Assembly: GCA_963755125.1 (NCBI GenBank)
Contig: CAVWIP010000010.1
Span: 224,001 to 288,000, forward strand
Source: an uncultured delta proteobacterium
GTDB lineage: Bacteria > Myxococcota_A > Polyangia > Fen-1088
Direction of reading: 5' to 3'
Length of the DNA: 64,000 nt
In this document: one piece after another, positions 36,468 to 47,983 of the stretch
How positions within the stretch are numbered: position 1 is the first letter of the stretch
Layout: every line of letters begins with the position of its first letter
The notes under the pieces: generated by a model
Database searches by the model: none
The model's input: only the letters and a program-made list of their open reading frames with translations
What the model was told of the DNA's origin: nothing
Position numbers and translations under genes: made by a program

Positions 36468-38018
36468 ATGAGAATACTGTGCCTCTACCCTGCCTTTCCC
36501 CGCACCTACTGGGGGCACGAAGATGCTCTGCGGCTGATGGGCAAGCGATCTCTGCTGCCGCCGCTGGGGCTGCTCACTGTGGCTGCGCTACTGCCTAAGG
36601 ACTGGGAGGTCCGCCTTTGCGACCTGAACGTCCGGGCCCTGGCGTCCGATGAACTGCAGTGGGCCGACGCGGTTTTCCTGTCCGGAATGCTGGTCCAGCG
36701 CGACTCCTTGCTGGAGCTTGCGGCGCAGGCGCGGGCCGCGGGAAAGGTGGTGGTGGTGGGAGGACCGGTCGCCACCACCAGCCCCGAGTTGCTCACGCCG
36801 TATGCGGATTGTGTCGTGTCCGGCGAGGCCGAGGAGTTGATGGCGCCCCTGTGCGAAGCCCTGGCCAAGGACGCCGACCTTCCCGCGCACATGGCCGCGC
36901 CCCGCCGCCCCGAACTACGCACCCTGCCCCCTCCGCGCTACGATCTGCTCGACGTCAAGGCGTACCACTCGCTGTCCGTGCAGTGGAGTCGTGGTTGTCC
37001 CTTCAACTGCGAGTTCTGCGACATCATCGAGGTGTTCGGCCGCCACCCGCGCACCAAATCGCCGGCCCAGTTGTGCAACGAGCTCGATGCCATTCTGGCC
37101 ACTGGGTTTCGCGGAACCGTGTTCCTTTCCGACGACAACCTGGTGGGCAACAAGGTGGAAACCCTGCGCCTGTTGACTGTCTTGCGACAGTGGATGGAGC
37201 AGCACCGCTTCCCGTTCCAGTTCTACTCCGAGGCCAGCATCAACCTGGCCGCCTCGGATGAACTGATGGACGCGATGGTGCGCGCCGGCTTCGACTCCGT
37301 GTTCGTGGGCATCGAGACCCCGTCGACCGAGGCCCTGCGCGAAACCCACAAGGCGCAGAATCTCGCCGTCGACCTGCACGAGGCCGTGGAAAAGCTGGTT
37401 CGCGGCGGGCTCGATGTGTCGGCCGGGTTCATCGTGGGCTTCGATTCTGACGACACCGCCGCCATCGAACGCCAGCGCGAATGGATCGCAAATTCCTGCA
37501 TTCCACAGGCCATGGTGGGTATTCTGGGCGCGCTGCCCGGCACTCAGTTGGAGCGGCGCCTGATTCGCGAAGGCCGCATGCTGGAACGATCCAGCGGCGA
37601 AACCTTCGGGCGCGCCAATTTCCGCACCAAGATGGACGAGGTCGAACTGCTGGAGTCGTATCGCCGCCTGCTCGCCAGTCTTTACGCCCCGGCCGCGTAC
37701 TTCGAACGGGTAAGGCGGGTGCTTGAACTACGGCCCCACAGCGACTCCCACTTCAGCCTGCCCTGGCACTATGCTTTGCGCTGCGTGCTCTCGTCGATGC
37801 TTCACCAGGGCGTGCTCGGTCGCTACCGCCGCACCTACTGGCGCTTCCTAGGGCGGATTCTCTGGCGAGCCCCCAAGCGGATGGCGCGCGCCTTCTCCCT
37901 CGCCATTTCGGGCGAGCACATGATCCGCTACACGGCCGAGGACGTGTTGCCTCGACTCCAGTTGGCCATCGAGCAGGTGCGCGCCGAGCGCGAGGCCAGT
38001 CGCCAGGCAGCGGCGTAG
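36468..38018 (+). CDS. B12-binding-domain radical SAM protein (DUF4070 type)
   Basis: PPLGLLTVAA, VVVGGP, SRGCPFNCEFC, VFVGIET. Confidence 0.92.
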   Translation: MRILCLYPAFPRTYWGHEDALRLMGKRSLLPPLGLLTVAALLPKDWEVRLCDLNVRALASDELQWADAVFLSGMLVQRDSLLELAAQARAAGKVVVVGGPVATTSPELLTPYADCVVSGEAEELMAPLCEALAKDADLPAHMAAPRRPELRTLPPPRYDLLDVKAYHSLSVQWSRGCPFNCEFCDIIEVFGRHPRTKSPAQLCNELDAILATGFRGTVFLSDDNLVGNKVETLRLLTVLRQWMEQHRFPFQFYSEASINLAASDELMDAMVRAGFDSVFVGIETPSTEALRETHKAQNLAVDLHEAVEKLVRGGLDVSAGFIVGFDSDDTAAIERQREWIANSCIPQAMVGILGALPGTQLERRLIREGRMLERSSGETFGRANFRTKMDEVELLESYRRLLASLYAPAAYFERVRRVLELRPHSDSHFSLPWHYALRCVLSSMLHQGVLGRYRRTYWRFLGRILWRAPKRMARAFSLAISGEHMIRYTAEDVLPRLQLAIEQVRAEREASRQAAA

Positions 38019-38064
38019 GCCGCCTCTCGTCGATTCGTACCGGGTTGGGTGGCGGAGCTGACGG

Positions 38065-38142
38065 CGGCGAGGGCGCGCGCGAAGCGCGCGGGCTGGCCAG
38101 GGTGGGGTGGCGGGTTCCGAAGTCCCCCGCAGGGGGAGCCGG
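38065..38142 (-). repeat. Palindromic intergenic repeat, internal-module copy (C)
   Basis: 28-nt identity CGGCGAGGGCGCGCGCGAAGCGCGCGGG with 38840-38867, plus shared CCGAAGTCCCC(C)GCAGGGG. Confidence 0.85.
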
Positions 38143-38253
38143 TGGCCGAAGCCCGATCCGGTTCCGGATTCGCTTCCGGATCCAGCGACCGGTGCCGGCC
38201 CTCGGAACCGGCAGCCTGAACCAGTCAGCGCTTTCCGCGAATCTGCGCTGCTC

Positions 38254-38296
38254 AAAACGCAGAAAGGCTATCCCGCGCTGAGCGCGGAGTAGCCTT
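38254..38296 (-). terminator. Intrinsic terminator after RRM gene 1
   Basis: Minus strand AAGGCTACTCCGCGCTCAGCGCGGGATAGCCTT followed by TCTGCGTTTT. Confidence 0.65.
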
Positions 38297-38333
38297 GTCA
38301 ATCAGTCTGCTGGCGCGATCCCGTGGGAGGCGT

Positions 38334-38630
38334 TTACCAGCGCCCGCCACCACCGCGCCCGCCGCCACCGCCGCCACCGGTGCGCTCGCGCGCCTCGCTG
38401 ACAGTGATCGTGCGGCCCTGCAAGTCGCGCCCGTTGAGGCTTCCGATGGCGTGGGCAGCCCCTGCATCGGTGGCCATCTCCACGAAAGCGAAACCACGCG
38501 GACGCCCGGTTTCCCTGTCCGTGACCAGCTTCACCTCGGACACCTCGTGGCCCTCGGCCTTGAAAGCCTCACGCAGATCAGCCTCGGTGATCGAAAACGA
38601 CAAATTCCCAACGTACAGTCTCTTACCCAT
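38334..38630 (-). CDS. RNA-binding protein (RRM) with Gly/Arg tail
   Basis: RNP2 LYVGNL, RNP1 RGFAFVEM; AAGGAG RBS. Confidence 0.95.
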   Translation of the reverse strand: MGKRLYVGNLSFSITEADLREAFKAEGHEVSEVKLVTDRETGRPRGFAFVEMATDAGAAHAIGSLNGRDLQGRTITVSEARERTGGGGGGGRGGGGRW

Positions 38631-38790
38631 ATCACGGCTCCTTGTTCTTTTTTGCACGGGTCAAATCCCGCGCACAGCCCGGTGTCAAGCGAGCCGACCG
38701 GCTGTGCATAGCCCAACCTTCGGGCAAGCGCCATCAATATCGTCGTGGAAAGCGACGATTCTTCGGCCAACGATCCGATGCGGCTACTTT

Positions 38791-38933
38791 CATGGGAACC
38801 CTAAAAGGGTTCCCAACCCCTCCCGCGATGGTTCGCCGCCGGCGAGGGCGCGCGCGAAGCGCGCGGGGTGGGCAGGGTGGCGGGTCGTCCCGAAGTCCCC
38901 GCAGGGGACAAAGCCGGCGGGCTCCCCACGCGG
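38791..38933 (-). repeat. Palindromic intergenic repeat, full-length copy (A)
   Basis: Several hairpins; begins right after the rpoZ TAG; ends in TGGGAACCCTTTTAGGGTTCCCA. Confidence 0.8.
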
Positions 38934-39236
38934 CTAGCGTTTCCGCCCGGCCGTCGAGGCGGATGGCTCCAGGTTGCCGCTCCGTCGCCGCTTGCGGGAT
39001 CCGTCGAGAGCCTTGACGGAATCGACGTGCGCCTGCAGAACCTCGTCCAGCGACTCGTGAAAAGAAACCTTCCCCGCTGCAATCTCACGCAAGGCGGTGA
39101 CGCTGGGGTTGTTGTCGCACTGAACCAGCGGAATCGCACCCTTGGCCAGGGATCGTGCCCGCTGGGCGCCCAGCACAGCCAGCGCGAAGTGATTCCCAAC
39201 TGCCTGAATGCAGTCCTCGACCGTAACACGTGCCAT
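38934..39236 (-). CDS. rpoZ: RNA polymerase omega subunit
   Basis: MARVTVEDC..N.F.L...A.RAR.L..G; VTALREIAAG. Confidence 0.93.
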   Translation of the reverse strand: MARVTVEDCIQAVGNHFALAVLGAQRARSLAKGAIPLVQCDNNPSVTALREIAAGKVSFHESLDEVLQAHVDSVKALDGSRKRRRSGNLEPSASTAGRKR

Positions 39237-39493
39237 GTGTGTTCCTTCCGTTCAGTCCTGAGCGCTTCGGCTGCCTTGACTGCCCTGGAAACTGACCAGA
39301 AGGTCACCGCCCCGGGCGGGGAGGGAAGACGACGTGGAAAGGACGGAACCACAGTACCACGCCGAATCCGAAAGACGAGGAAGAAGAAGTGAGAAAATCC
39401 CGTCCGCCAGACGTGGGCGCAGGCCTCACCCTTGTCTTGCCCGCGCGTCTCCGCACCGGCGAGAGGGTGGGCGAAATTCACGATCCTGGCAGG

Positions 39494-39835
39494 CTACCAG
39501 CGGCCGCCCGAGCGCTCGCGACCGCCACCACCACCGAAGCCACCACGGCCGTGGCCGCGTCCGCCGCCACCGCCACCCCCGCCGGCGCCTCGCTCACGTG
39601 CCTCACTGACGCTGATCGCGCGGCCCTGGATCTCGCGGCCGTTCAACGTCCCCATGGCCTTACCCGCTTCCTCGTCGGTCGACATCTCGACAAACGCGAA
39701 GCCACGTGGCCGTCCGCTTTCGCGGTCGAGCACGACCTTCACATCGGCCACAGTACCCGTCTCGGTGAAGACCTCGCGCAGATCCGCTTCGGTCACACTG
39801 TAGGCCAGATTGCCCACGTACAGCCTTTTCGCCAT
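39494..39835 (-). CDS. RNA-binding protein (RRM) with Gly/Arg tail
   Basis: LYVGNL, RGFAFVEM; GAGGAG RBS. Confidence 0.95.
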   Translation of the reverse strand: MAKRLYVGNLAYSVTEADLREVFTETGTVADVKVVLDRESGRPRGFAFVEMSTDEEAGKAMGTLNGREIQGRAISVSEARERGAGGGGGGGGRGHGRGGFGGGGGRERSGGRW

Positions 39836-40004
39836 TTCGTTCTCTCCTCGTTCTTCTGTCAGTGGACGGTTCCGCGGTCCACGCGCTTGCCCTGGAAAAC
39901 GGGCCATTGTCCCTATGCGCCTCGCTAGCCGGAACGCCCTGGCTCACCAGATGGAAGACCGTGGCAGAACGGAAACGACGTGAAAAGGACTATTCTGAAC
40001 GATA

Positions 40005-41486
40005 TCAGGATGCGGCGGGAAGTCCACTGGCGTTTGCAAAGCCCTTTCTATCCGTCTGCGCCTGTTCGGCGGGCGATGGCTGGCTGTCCGGTCCTGAAAC
40101 CATGGCCGGCCGGATCTCCGCCTGCATAACCCGGTTGGCCAGAGCGACGACAAAGGCCCCAAACCACGAGTCCCGGCCCATCCCTTCATCCAACATCTTG
40201 CGTGTAACCAGGCGTACCGACACATCGGTCACGGCCTCTACCGTTGCGCCGCGCCGGCCAGGCTGGAAGACCGTCTCTTCACCGAAAACCGAGCCGCTCA
40301 CCAGTTGGCACACGGCGCTTCGCACTCCGTCCTTTGTGGTGTACGCAAGGCAGGTTCCGCGCACGACGACATAGGCCATGTCTCCCATCTCGCCCTCGGT
40401 CACGATGCGCTCGCCAGCCGCAAAAGTTTCGATGGGGAACGCAATTCCCCCTTGCAAGAATCCTTCGACGTCGCGCTTGAGCTCGATGACGCTCTGGTAG
40501 CGATCCCTTGGATCAATGGCCAGCGCCTTGCGCGTGATCTGGCAGACGTGTGCGGGCAGCGGAACGCCCCGGGACTCGTCCGGCAAATAGGGCATCTGAC
40601 CCACGCGCGCCTGTTCCAACACCTCGTCAAGCGAGTCGGCCAGGTAGAGAGGCCGCCCCGCCAGGATTGCATAGAGGACCGCGCCCAGGCCGAATACATC
40701 AGTTCGCTCGTCAACCAAGCCCTCGCTGCCCTTGGCCTGCTCGGGCGACATGTACGACGGGGATCCCACCACCCCCGTCACAACGCCGCCCGCGGCCTCG
40801 GGTGAAAGAGCCACCGCGTCGCTGCGCTCAGGCTCGCGTGCGCTCAAGCGCGACAACCCCCAGTCCATGAGATACACGGTCCCGAAGTCCTCCATGATTA
40901 TGTTCTCGGGCTTGATATCCAGGTGAAGGACGCCGCGGCTGTGAGCAAAGGCGACCGCGTCGCAAACCTTGAGAAAGGCCCCCAGCATCTCGTGCATGGT
41001 GTCCGACGGCGTCGGCGAAAGGTGTGCGGCCGTGATCCAGTCAGCCAGGGTCCGGCCGCGGACCAAGCGCATGGTGAAGGTGTTGGTTCCTTCGTGATCC
41101 AGGGTCAGGTCATGCACGGGCACGATGTTGGGATGATCGAGCTGCGCCTGGATCTGCGCCTCCGCGAGAAAGCGCCTTACGTACTTGGGGTCGGCGGCCA
41201 GCGATGGCGCCAAGACCTTCATGGCCACCTCCCGCAGCAGGTTCTTGTCGCGAACGCAGTGAACTGCCCCCATGCCGCCAGCGCCAACCTGGCTGACGTA
41301 TTCGAAGCGTCTTGCGGCCTCTTCGGTCAGCACGAGAGCCGCCCCGGCGTTGCTGGTGGCCGGCTCGGTGTCGCCGGCGCGTGGAGACGCCACGCGCCCG
41401 TGCGGCTCGGCACGCGTCACCTGCTCCGAGTCTGCGCCGCTTCGCGTCCCTTGCGTCGAGATTAGATCCCACAGACCGCCAGTCAT
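40005..41486 (-). CDS. Ser/Thr protein kinase with C-terminal cNMP-binding-like domain
   Basis: GAGGMG, VAMK, HPNIV, HLDIKPEN, DWG, YMSPEQ; IVTEGEMG...FGE; start uncertain. Confidence 0.9.
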   Translation of the reverse strand: MTGGLWDLISTQGTRSGADSEQVTRAEPHGRVASPRAGDTEPATSNAGAALVLTEEAARRFEYVSQVGAGGMGAVHCVRDKNLLREVAMKVLAPSLAADPKYVRRFLAEAQIQAQLDHPNIVPVHDLTLDHEGTNTFTMRLVRGRTLADWITAAHLSPTPSDTMHEMLGAFLKVCDAVAFAHSRGVLHLDIKPENIIMEDFGTVYLMDWGLSRLSAREPERSDAVALSPEAAGGVVTGVVGSPSYMSPEQAKGSEGLVDERTDVFGLGAVLYAILAGRPLYLADSLDEVLEQARVGQMPYLPDESRGVPLPAHVCQITRKALAIDPRDRYQSVIELKRDVEGFLQGGIAFPIETFAAGERIVTEGEMGDMAYVVVRGTCLAYTTKDGVRSAVCQLVSGSVFGEETVFQPGRRGATVEAVTDVSVRLVTRKMLDEGMGRDSWFGAFVVALANRVMQAEIRPAMVSGPDSQPSPAEQAQTDRKGFANASGLPAAS

Positions 41487-41617
41487 GCAGGGCCATGGAT
41501 GCAAGCCTCGTTCCTCCGCGGTCACCACGCATCGCGCCCATGGCTCCAGACCCGCCGCGTTTGCGCGAAACCGCCAGACCGGAGAAAGTGGCGCAGGTGT
41601 TGCACGCTGTGGAACGC

Positions 41618-43012
41618 ATGAAAGCGAGAGTTCTTGTAGTGGATGACGACGTGGATGCCCGGGATGCGCTGGCCGAAGCCTTGCGGGAAGGTGGTTACGC
41701 GGTCGAGACTGCCGCGGATGCGTTCAAGGGCTTGGGAAAAGTGCCTGACTTTGCCCCGGACATGGTGCTCACCGATCTGAAGATGCCGGGCATGGACGGC
41801 CTTGAGTTTCTGCGCAAGCTGCGCGGCGGCGGGTATGAGATGCCTGTCATCATGACTACCGCCTTCTCCGACGTGGAGACCGCGGTGACGGCGCTCAAGG
41901 AGGGCGCGGCCGACTATCTGACCAAGCCGCTCGACCTCACGGAGCTGTTCGTCGTGGTCGGGCGCGAGATGGACCGACTGCGGCTTCACCGCGAAGCCGG
42001 GCTGCTTCGGGCTCGTCTGGCCGAGCGCCACGCCTTCAATAATCTGGTGGGAAGCTCGCCCGCCATGCAAAACTTGCTCAAGCTGCTGCCGCAGGTGGCA
42101 GCGTCCAAGGCCAGCGTCCTCATCACGGGCGAGGCCGGGACTGGCAAGGCGCTCGTCGCCACGGCGATTCACCAGCACAGCCCGCGCACCAGGAAGCCGT
42201 TCCTCAAGCTCCACTGCGTGGGCTTGGCAGAAGCGGTGCTGGAAAGTGAGCTATTCGGCTGCGAAGCGGATGCCCTGCCAGCAGATGCGGGCCGCCGTGA
42301 AGGACGGTTGCAGCAGGCGGCCGGTGGAACCCTGTTTCTCGACGAGATCTCCGCCCTTTCGCCCGCCTTGCAAGTGAAGCTCCTGCGCTTCCTGCAAGAG
42401 CACGCCTTCGAACGCGTGGGGGGCAAGGAAACCCTTCATCTCGACGTACGCGTGATCGCGGCCAGCAACCACAACCTGCGCGAAGAAATGGCCCAGGGCC
42501 GCTTCCGCGAAGATCTCTTCTATTGCCTGAATGTGGTCAACCTCGATCTGCCGCCCTTGCGTGCGCGGCCGTCTGACATCCTAGAGCTTGCGATGCACTT
42601 CCTGCGCACGTACGCCGACGGGGAAGGCAAGTCCCTGGAGGGTTTCTCCGACGAGACTCTCGAAAGGCTGGTCGGCTACGACTGGCCGGGCAACGTGCGC
42701 GAGTTGGAGAACGCGATTGCGCACGCGGTGGTACTGGCCAAGGGGCCAGTCGTGACAGCCATGGACCTTCCGCACAGCGTGGGGCTGGCGCGCATCGATG
42801 CGGGCGGTCCTCGCATCCCCGGCTCCAAGATGGAAGACATCGAACGACACGCGATTCTGACCACTCTGGAGGCAACCCACGGCTCCACCACGAAGGCGGC
42901 TGAGATCCTTGGCATGAGCGTGCGCACCATCCAGTACCGCCTGCAGCAATATCACAGCGCGCCCAAGAACGAATTGCATGCGCCCGCCGTGATTTTCAAG
43001 CGTCCTGATTGA
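41618..43012 (+). CDS. NtrC/AtoC-like response regulator (REC-AAA+-Fis HTH) lacking GAFTGA
   Basis: VVDDD, TDLKMP, GEAGTGK, LFLDEI, WPGNVREL, HTH. Confidence 0.92.
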   Translation: MKARVLVVDDDVDARDALAEALREGGYAVETAADAFKGLGKVPDFAPDMVLTDLKMPGMDGLEFLRKLRGGGYEMPVIMTTAFSDVETAVTALKEGAADYLTKPLDLTELFVVVGREMDRLRLHREAGLLRARLAERHAFNNLVGSSPAMQNLLKLLPQVAASKASVLITGEAGTGKALVATAIHQHSPRTRKPFLKLHCVGLAEAVLESELFGCEADALPADAGRREGRLQQAAGGTLFLDEISALSPALQVKLLRFLQEHAFERVGGKETLHLDVRVIAASNHNLREEMAQGRFREDLFYCLNVVNLDLPPLRARPSDILELAMHFLRTYADGEGKSLEGFSDETLERLVGYDWPGNVRELENAIAHAVVLAKGPVVTAMDLPHSVGLARIDAGGPRIPGSKMEDIERHAILTTLEATHGSTTKAAEILGMSVRTIQYRLQQYHSAPKNELHAPAVIFKRPD

Positions 43013-43087
43013 TTTTCGTCCTGCGGGAGGGACGCCATGGTGAAGCAACCCGGGTGCGTGACCGTTTCGGGACTGGCGTCACCTCTG

Positions 43088-43103
43088 GGTAACGAACGTT
43101 ACC
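43088..43103. promoter_or_regulatory. Inverted repeat upstream of glmS (possible operator)
   Basis: GGTAACG-AA-CGTTACC. Confidence 0.4.
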
Positions 43104-43205
43104 TCACGGTGCACAAAGAGAATTTGGACGAACCGTCTGCTGACGCGCCGGTTGTCGACGCGTTTGGCGCAGCCGGGGGCTCCATAGTCAAATAGCGAGG
43201 ACATT

Positions 43206-45026
<1,821 letters not shown>

Positions 45027-45108
45027 CGCCGGCGAGCCACGCCACCCGCGAGGCCTGGCCCCGGCCATGCGCAACGACGACCTCTGCCAGTCTATCCCCT
45101 CGCCCGCT

Positions 45109-47772
45109 TCAATCCTTCGAGCCCCCTTTCAACATGTCGGAAAGCTCCGCGATGGTAAATGGCTTGCCTATGCTTCCAGTAAAACCATATTCAACCGGAT
45201 TGCGCATCACGGGATCGTCAGCATACCCGCTCGCCACGAACACCGGCAGTTCCTTGTCCAGCTTGCGGATCTCAGCCACAGTTTCCTTGCCACCCATGCC
45301 GCCGCGAATGGTGAGGTCAAGAATCATCGCGACAAACCGCTGTCCGGCCTTGCTTTCCCGCACATAGAAATCAATCGCTTCCCCGCCATCTCCCTTGCAC
45401 ACCACGGTGAATCCCAACGCCTCCACCATTCGCCGCACCGTGTTCCGCACCACCTCCTCATCATCCACCACAATCACTGTTCCGCTTCCCTTCTGCCTGA
45501 TGATGGTGGCCGCGTTCACGGCAGCCGCTTCCGTCGAGGCAGGCAGGTACACGTGAAACGCGCTCCCCTTGCCCGGCTCGGACTCGACATCGATGCAACC
45601 GCCGTGGCGTCTGATGATCGAGTAGCAGGTGGCCAGTCCCAGGCCGTGCCCCTTCGTCTTGGTGGTGTAGAACGGATCGAAGATGCGAGGCATGACGTCC
45701 TTGGGTATGCCAATGCCCTGATCCTTGATTGACACCCTCACATATTGGCCCTTGGACAACGAAGGATACTCCCCTTCATCAGCAGAAACATTTCTGGCGG
45801 CGATTTCGATGAACCCGCCGTTCGGCATGGCCTGCTGTGCATTGATGACGATGTTGTCAATCACCTGGGCAATCTGGTTCTTGTCGATGTTGCACGGCCA
45901 CACGTCCTCGCCCAAGGAGAAGCGGCACGCGACGTTCGCTCCGCTCAACGCAAATTGCACGGCTTCCTGAATGAACGGCACCAAGGGAGTTATCTTCTGA
46001 GCCGGCGCTCCCCCTTTGGCAAAGGTCAGCAATTGCAAGGTCAACGCCCGAGCGCGGTTCATTGTGGCCATCGTGGCCTCAAGGTATTCGATGGCCCGCG
46101 CATCCTTCGACACTGAGCGAGCCAGTTCGACGTAGCCGAACAGCCCGGTGAGCAGGTTGTTGAAGTCGTGGGCTATGCCACCCGCGAGAACGCCAAGCGA
46201 ATCGAGCCTGGCCGCGCGTTGGATCGCGTCCATGGTCTTCTGCTTCTCGGTCATATCGCGAAACACGAGCACGACACCGATGGTCTTGCCATCCCTGTCG
46301 GTGATGGGCGCGCCGCTGTCAGCGATGACCCGCTCGCTGCCATCGCGTGAGGTGAGGAGCGCGTAGTTGGCCAGCTCGGTGATTGCCCCTGTCGCAAGCA
46401 CCTCTGCTACGGGATTCTCGCAGGGTTCACGGGTCATCTCGCTGACAATGGTGAAGACGGTTCCCAACGGCTTGCCCTCGGCCTCGCCCTGCGTCCAGCC
46501 GGTGAGTTCCTCCGCCACCCTGTTCATGATGACGATGGCACCCCTGGTGTCAGTCGTGATGACGCCGTCCCCAATGCTGCGGAGGGTGACCGCGAGGCGT
46601 TCCTTCTCCGCGGCAATGGCGGCCTCGGCCCGCTTTCGTTCGGTGATGTCGCGGATGGCAGTCACTCGCGCCATGCGGCCCTGGTAGGGCATCGGTTTGC
46701 TGTTGATCTCCCCCACGAAGGCGGTGCCATCCTTTCTTCTCCCGGCTGCCTCATAGGGCCCTAAAACGCCCTCACGAAGCCTGTTGCGGATCAGTTCGCG
46801 CGATTCAGGCATGGCCAGATTTAGGAGGTTCATGCCGATAAACTCCGACAACTCATAGCCAAACAGATCGGCCATGGCCTGATTCGCGTCCAAGATCAGA
46901 CCCTGTTCGTGAACGGCAACTCCTTCGAAGCTCGCCTGGGCAAGTCGGCTAAAACGCTCCTCGCTTTCGCGCAGTGCCCTCTCCATGCGCTTGCGTTCGC
47001 CGATGTCGCGGGTGAGGGCCATGAAAGAGGAGGGGGTACCCTCCGCATCCCTGATTACTGTGGCGCTGAGTTCCGCCTCGAACTGGGAGCCATCCTTCCT
47101 CACGAAGCGATACTCGCAGTTTCTGACCACGCCCTCTTTCAGGGTTCTCTGCATGTCCAAATTGGCATGCTGCAGTTCGTCCGGTGCGAACAGCTCGAAG
47201 GCACTTCTGCCGATCAGGTCTTCCGGACCTTCATACCCGTGCAGCAACGCGGTTTGCCGGTTGCACATCAAGATCGTGCCGGTCAGGCCGGTCTGAGTGA
47301 TGGCATCCGGTGAGGAGTCAATCAAGGCGCGATAGCGCGCCTCGCTCTCACGCAGCGCCTCCTCGGCTCGCTTGCGATCGCTGATGTCCCGACACAGGGA
47401 GAGGATGGTTTCTCTGCCCTCTGTCTCCACCGTCGTGGCGTTGATTTCAACCGGCGTCCGTCTGCCGGTTCGGTCGACGTACGTGATTTCCAGATTCCTC
47501 ACGAACCCGTCTTTCATGCACGCCGCGACGGCTAATGCGTTCTTTTCCCTCTCTTCGGCCGCGGTCCATTCCACCACGCTTCTTCCCAGGAGCTCATCGA
47601 GTCTGTCATGGCCGGAAAGGCGGACGTAGGCTTGATTCGCATCAAGGACGGTCCCGTTGCCGGCAAGAATCACATAGCCAGTGTCGGTGGTTTCGACCAG
47701 CCGCCGGTATCTTTCCTCGCTCTTCCGCAGCGCCTCTTCGGCTCGTTCCCGCTCGCTGAAATCAGCTGGCAT
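45109..47772 (-). CDS. Cytoplasmic hybrid histidine kinase (4 PAS, HisKA, HATPase, REC)
   Basis: Repeated RDI(S/T)ERKR linkers, AHDFNNLL, GHGLGL, VVDDE; GGAGG RBS before ATG 47772. Confidence 0.93.
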   Translation of the reverse strand: MPADFSERERAEEALRKSEERYRRLVETTDTGYVILAGNGTVLDANQAYVRLSGHDRLDELLGRSVVEWTAAEEREKNALAVAACMKDGFVRNLEITYVDRTGRRTPVEINATTVETEGRETILSLCRDISDRKRAEEALRESEARYRALIDSSPDAITQTGLTGTILMCNRQTALLHGYEGPEDLIGRSAFELFAPDELQHANLDMQRTLKEGVVRNCEYRFVRKDGSQFEAELSATVIRDAEGTPSSFMALTRDIGERKRMERALRESEERFSRLAQASFEGVAVHEQGLILDANQAMADLFGYELSEFIGMNLLNLAMPESRELIRNRLREGVLGPYEAAGRRKDGTAFVGEINSKPMPYQGRMARVTAIRDITERKRAEAAIAAEKERLAVTLRSIGDGVITTDTRGAIVIMNRVAEELTGWTQGEAEGKPLGTVFTIVSEMTREPCENPVAEVLATGAITELANYALLTSRDGSERVIADSGAPITDRDGKTIGVVLVFRDMTEKQKTMDAIQRAARLDSLGVLAGGIAHDFNNLLTGLFGYVELARSVSKDARAIEYLEATMATMNRARALTLQLLTFAKGGAPAQKITPLVPFIQEAVQFALSGANVACRFSLGEDVWPCNIDKNQIAQVIDNIVINAQQAMPNGGFIEIAARNVSADEGEYPSLSKGQYVRVSIKDQGIGIPKDVMPRIFDPFYTTKTKGHGLGLATCYSIIRRHGGCIDVESEPGKGSAFHVYLPASTEAAAVNAATIIRQKGSGTVIVVDDEEVVRNTVRRMVEALGFTVVCKGDGGEAIDFYVRESKAGQRFVAMILDLTIRGGMGGKETVAEIRKLDKELPVFVASGYADDPVMRNPVEYGFTGSIGKPFTIAELSDMLKGGSKD

Positions 47773-47983
47773 TCGCAACCTCCGGTACTGGCGATTTCCG
47801 TCTGTCGATCAGGACGTGGTCACGACGAACACGCCCCCCGGCCTACCAAGCCGGACTCGGCGCCGAAACCCGACTCCTCCAGGCGAAGCTGAAAGACCTG
47901 TCCCGACCATGGGACACAGTCTACACCCGCGCGCCCGCGCCAGGATCGCCGTCAGTGCGACGCCGCGATGAAGAACTCCGGAG

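Noticed and set aside
39410..39445. REP-like GTGGGCGCAGGCCT..CTTGCCC
   Set aside because: Single imperfect copy; cannot be supported
43013..43205. glmS ribozyme
   Set aside because: The conserved AGCGCC...GACGAG core was not found
45027..45110. Tn7 insertion at attTn7 after glmS
   Set aside because: No TGT transposon end, TnsB-site repeats or tns genes
47773..47910. Frameshifted or truncated N-terminus of the PAS kinase
   Set aside because: A good GGAGG RBS precedes ATG 47772 and the upstream frames show no domain remnants
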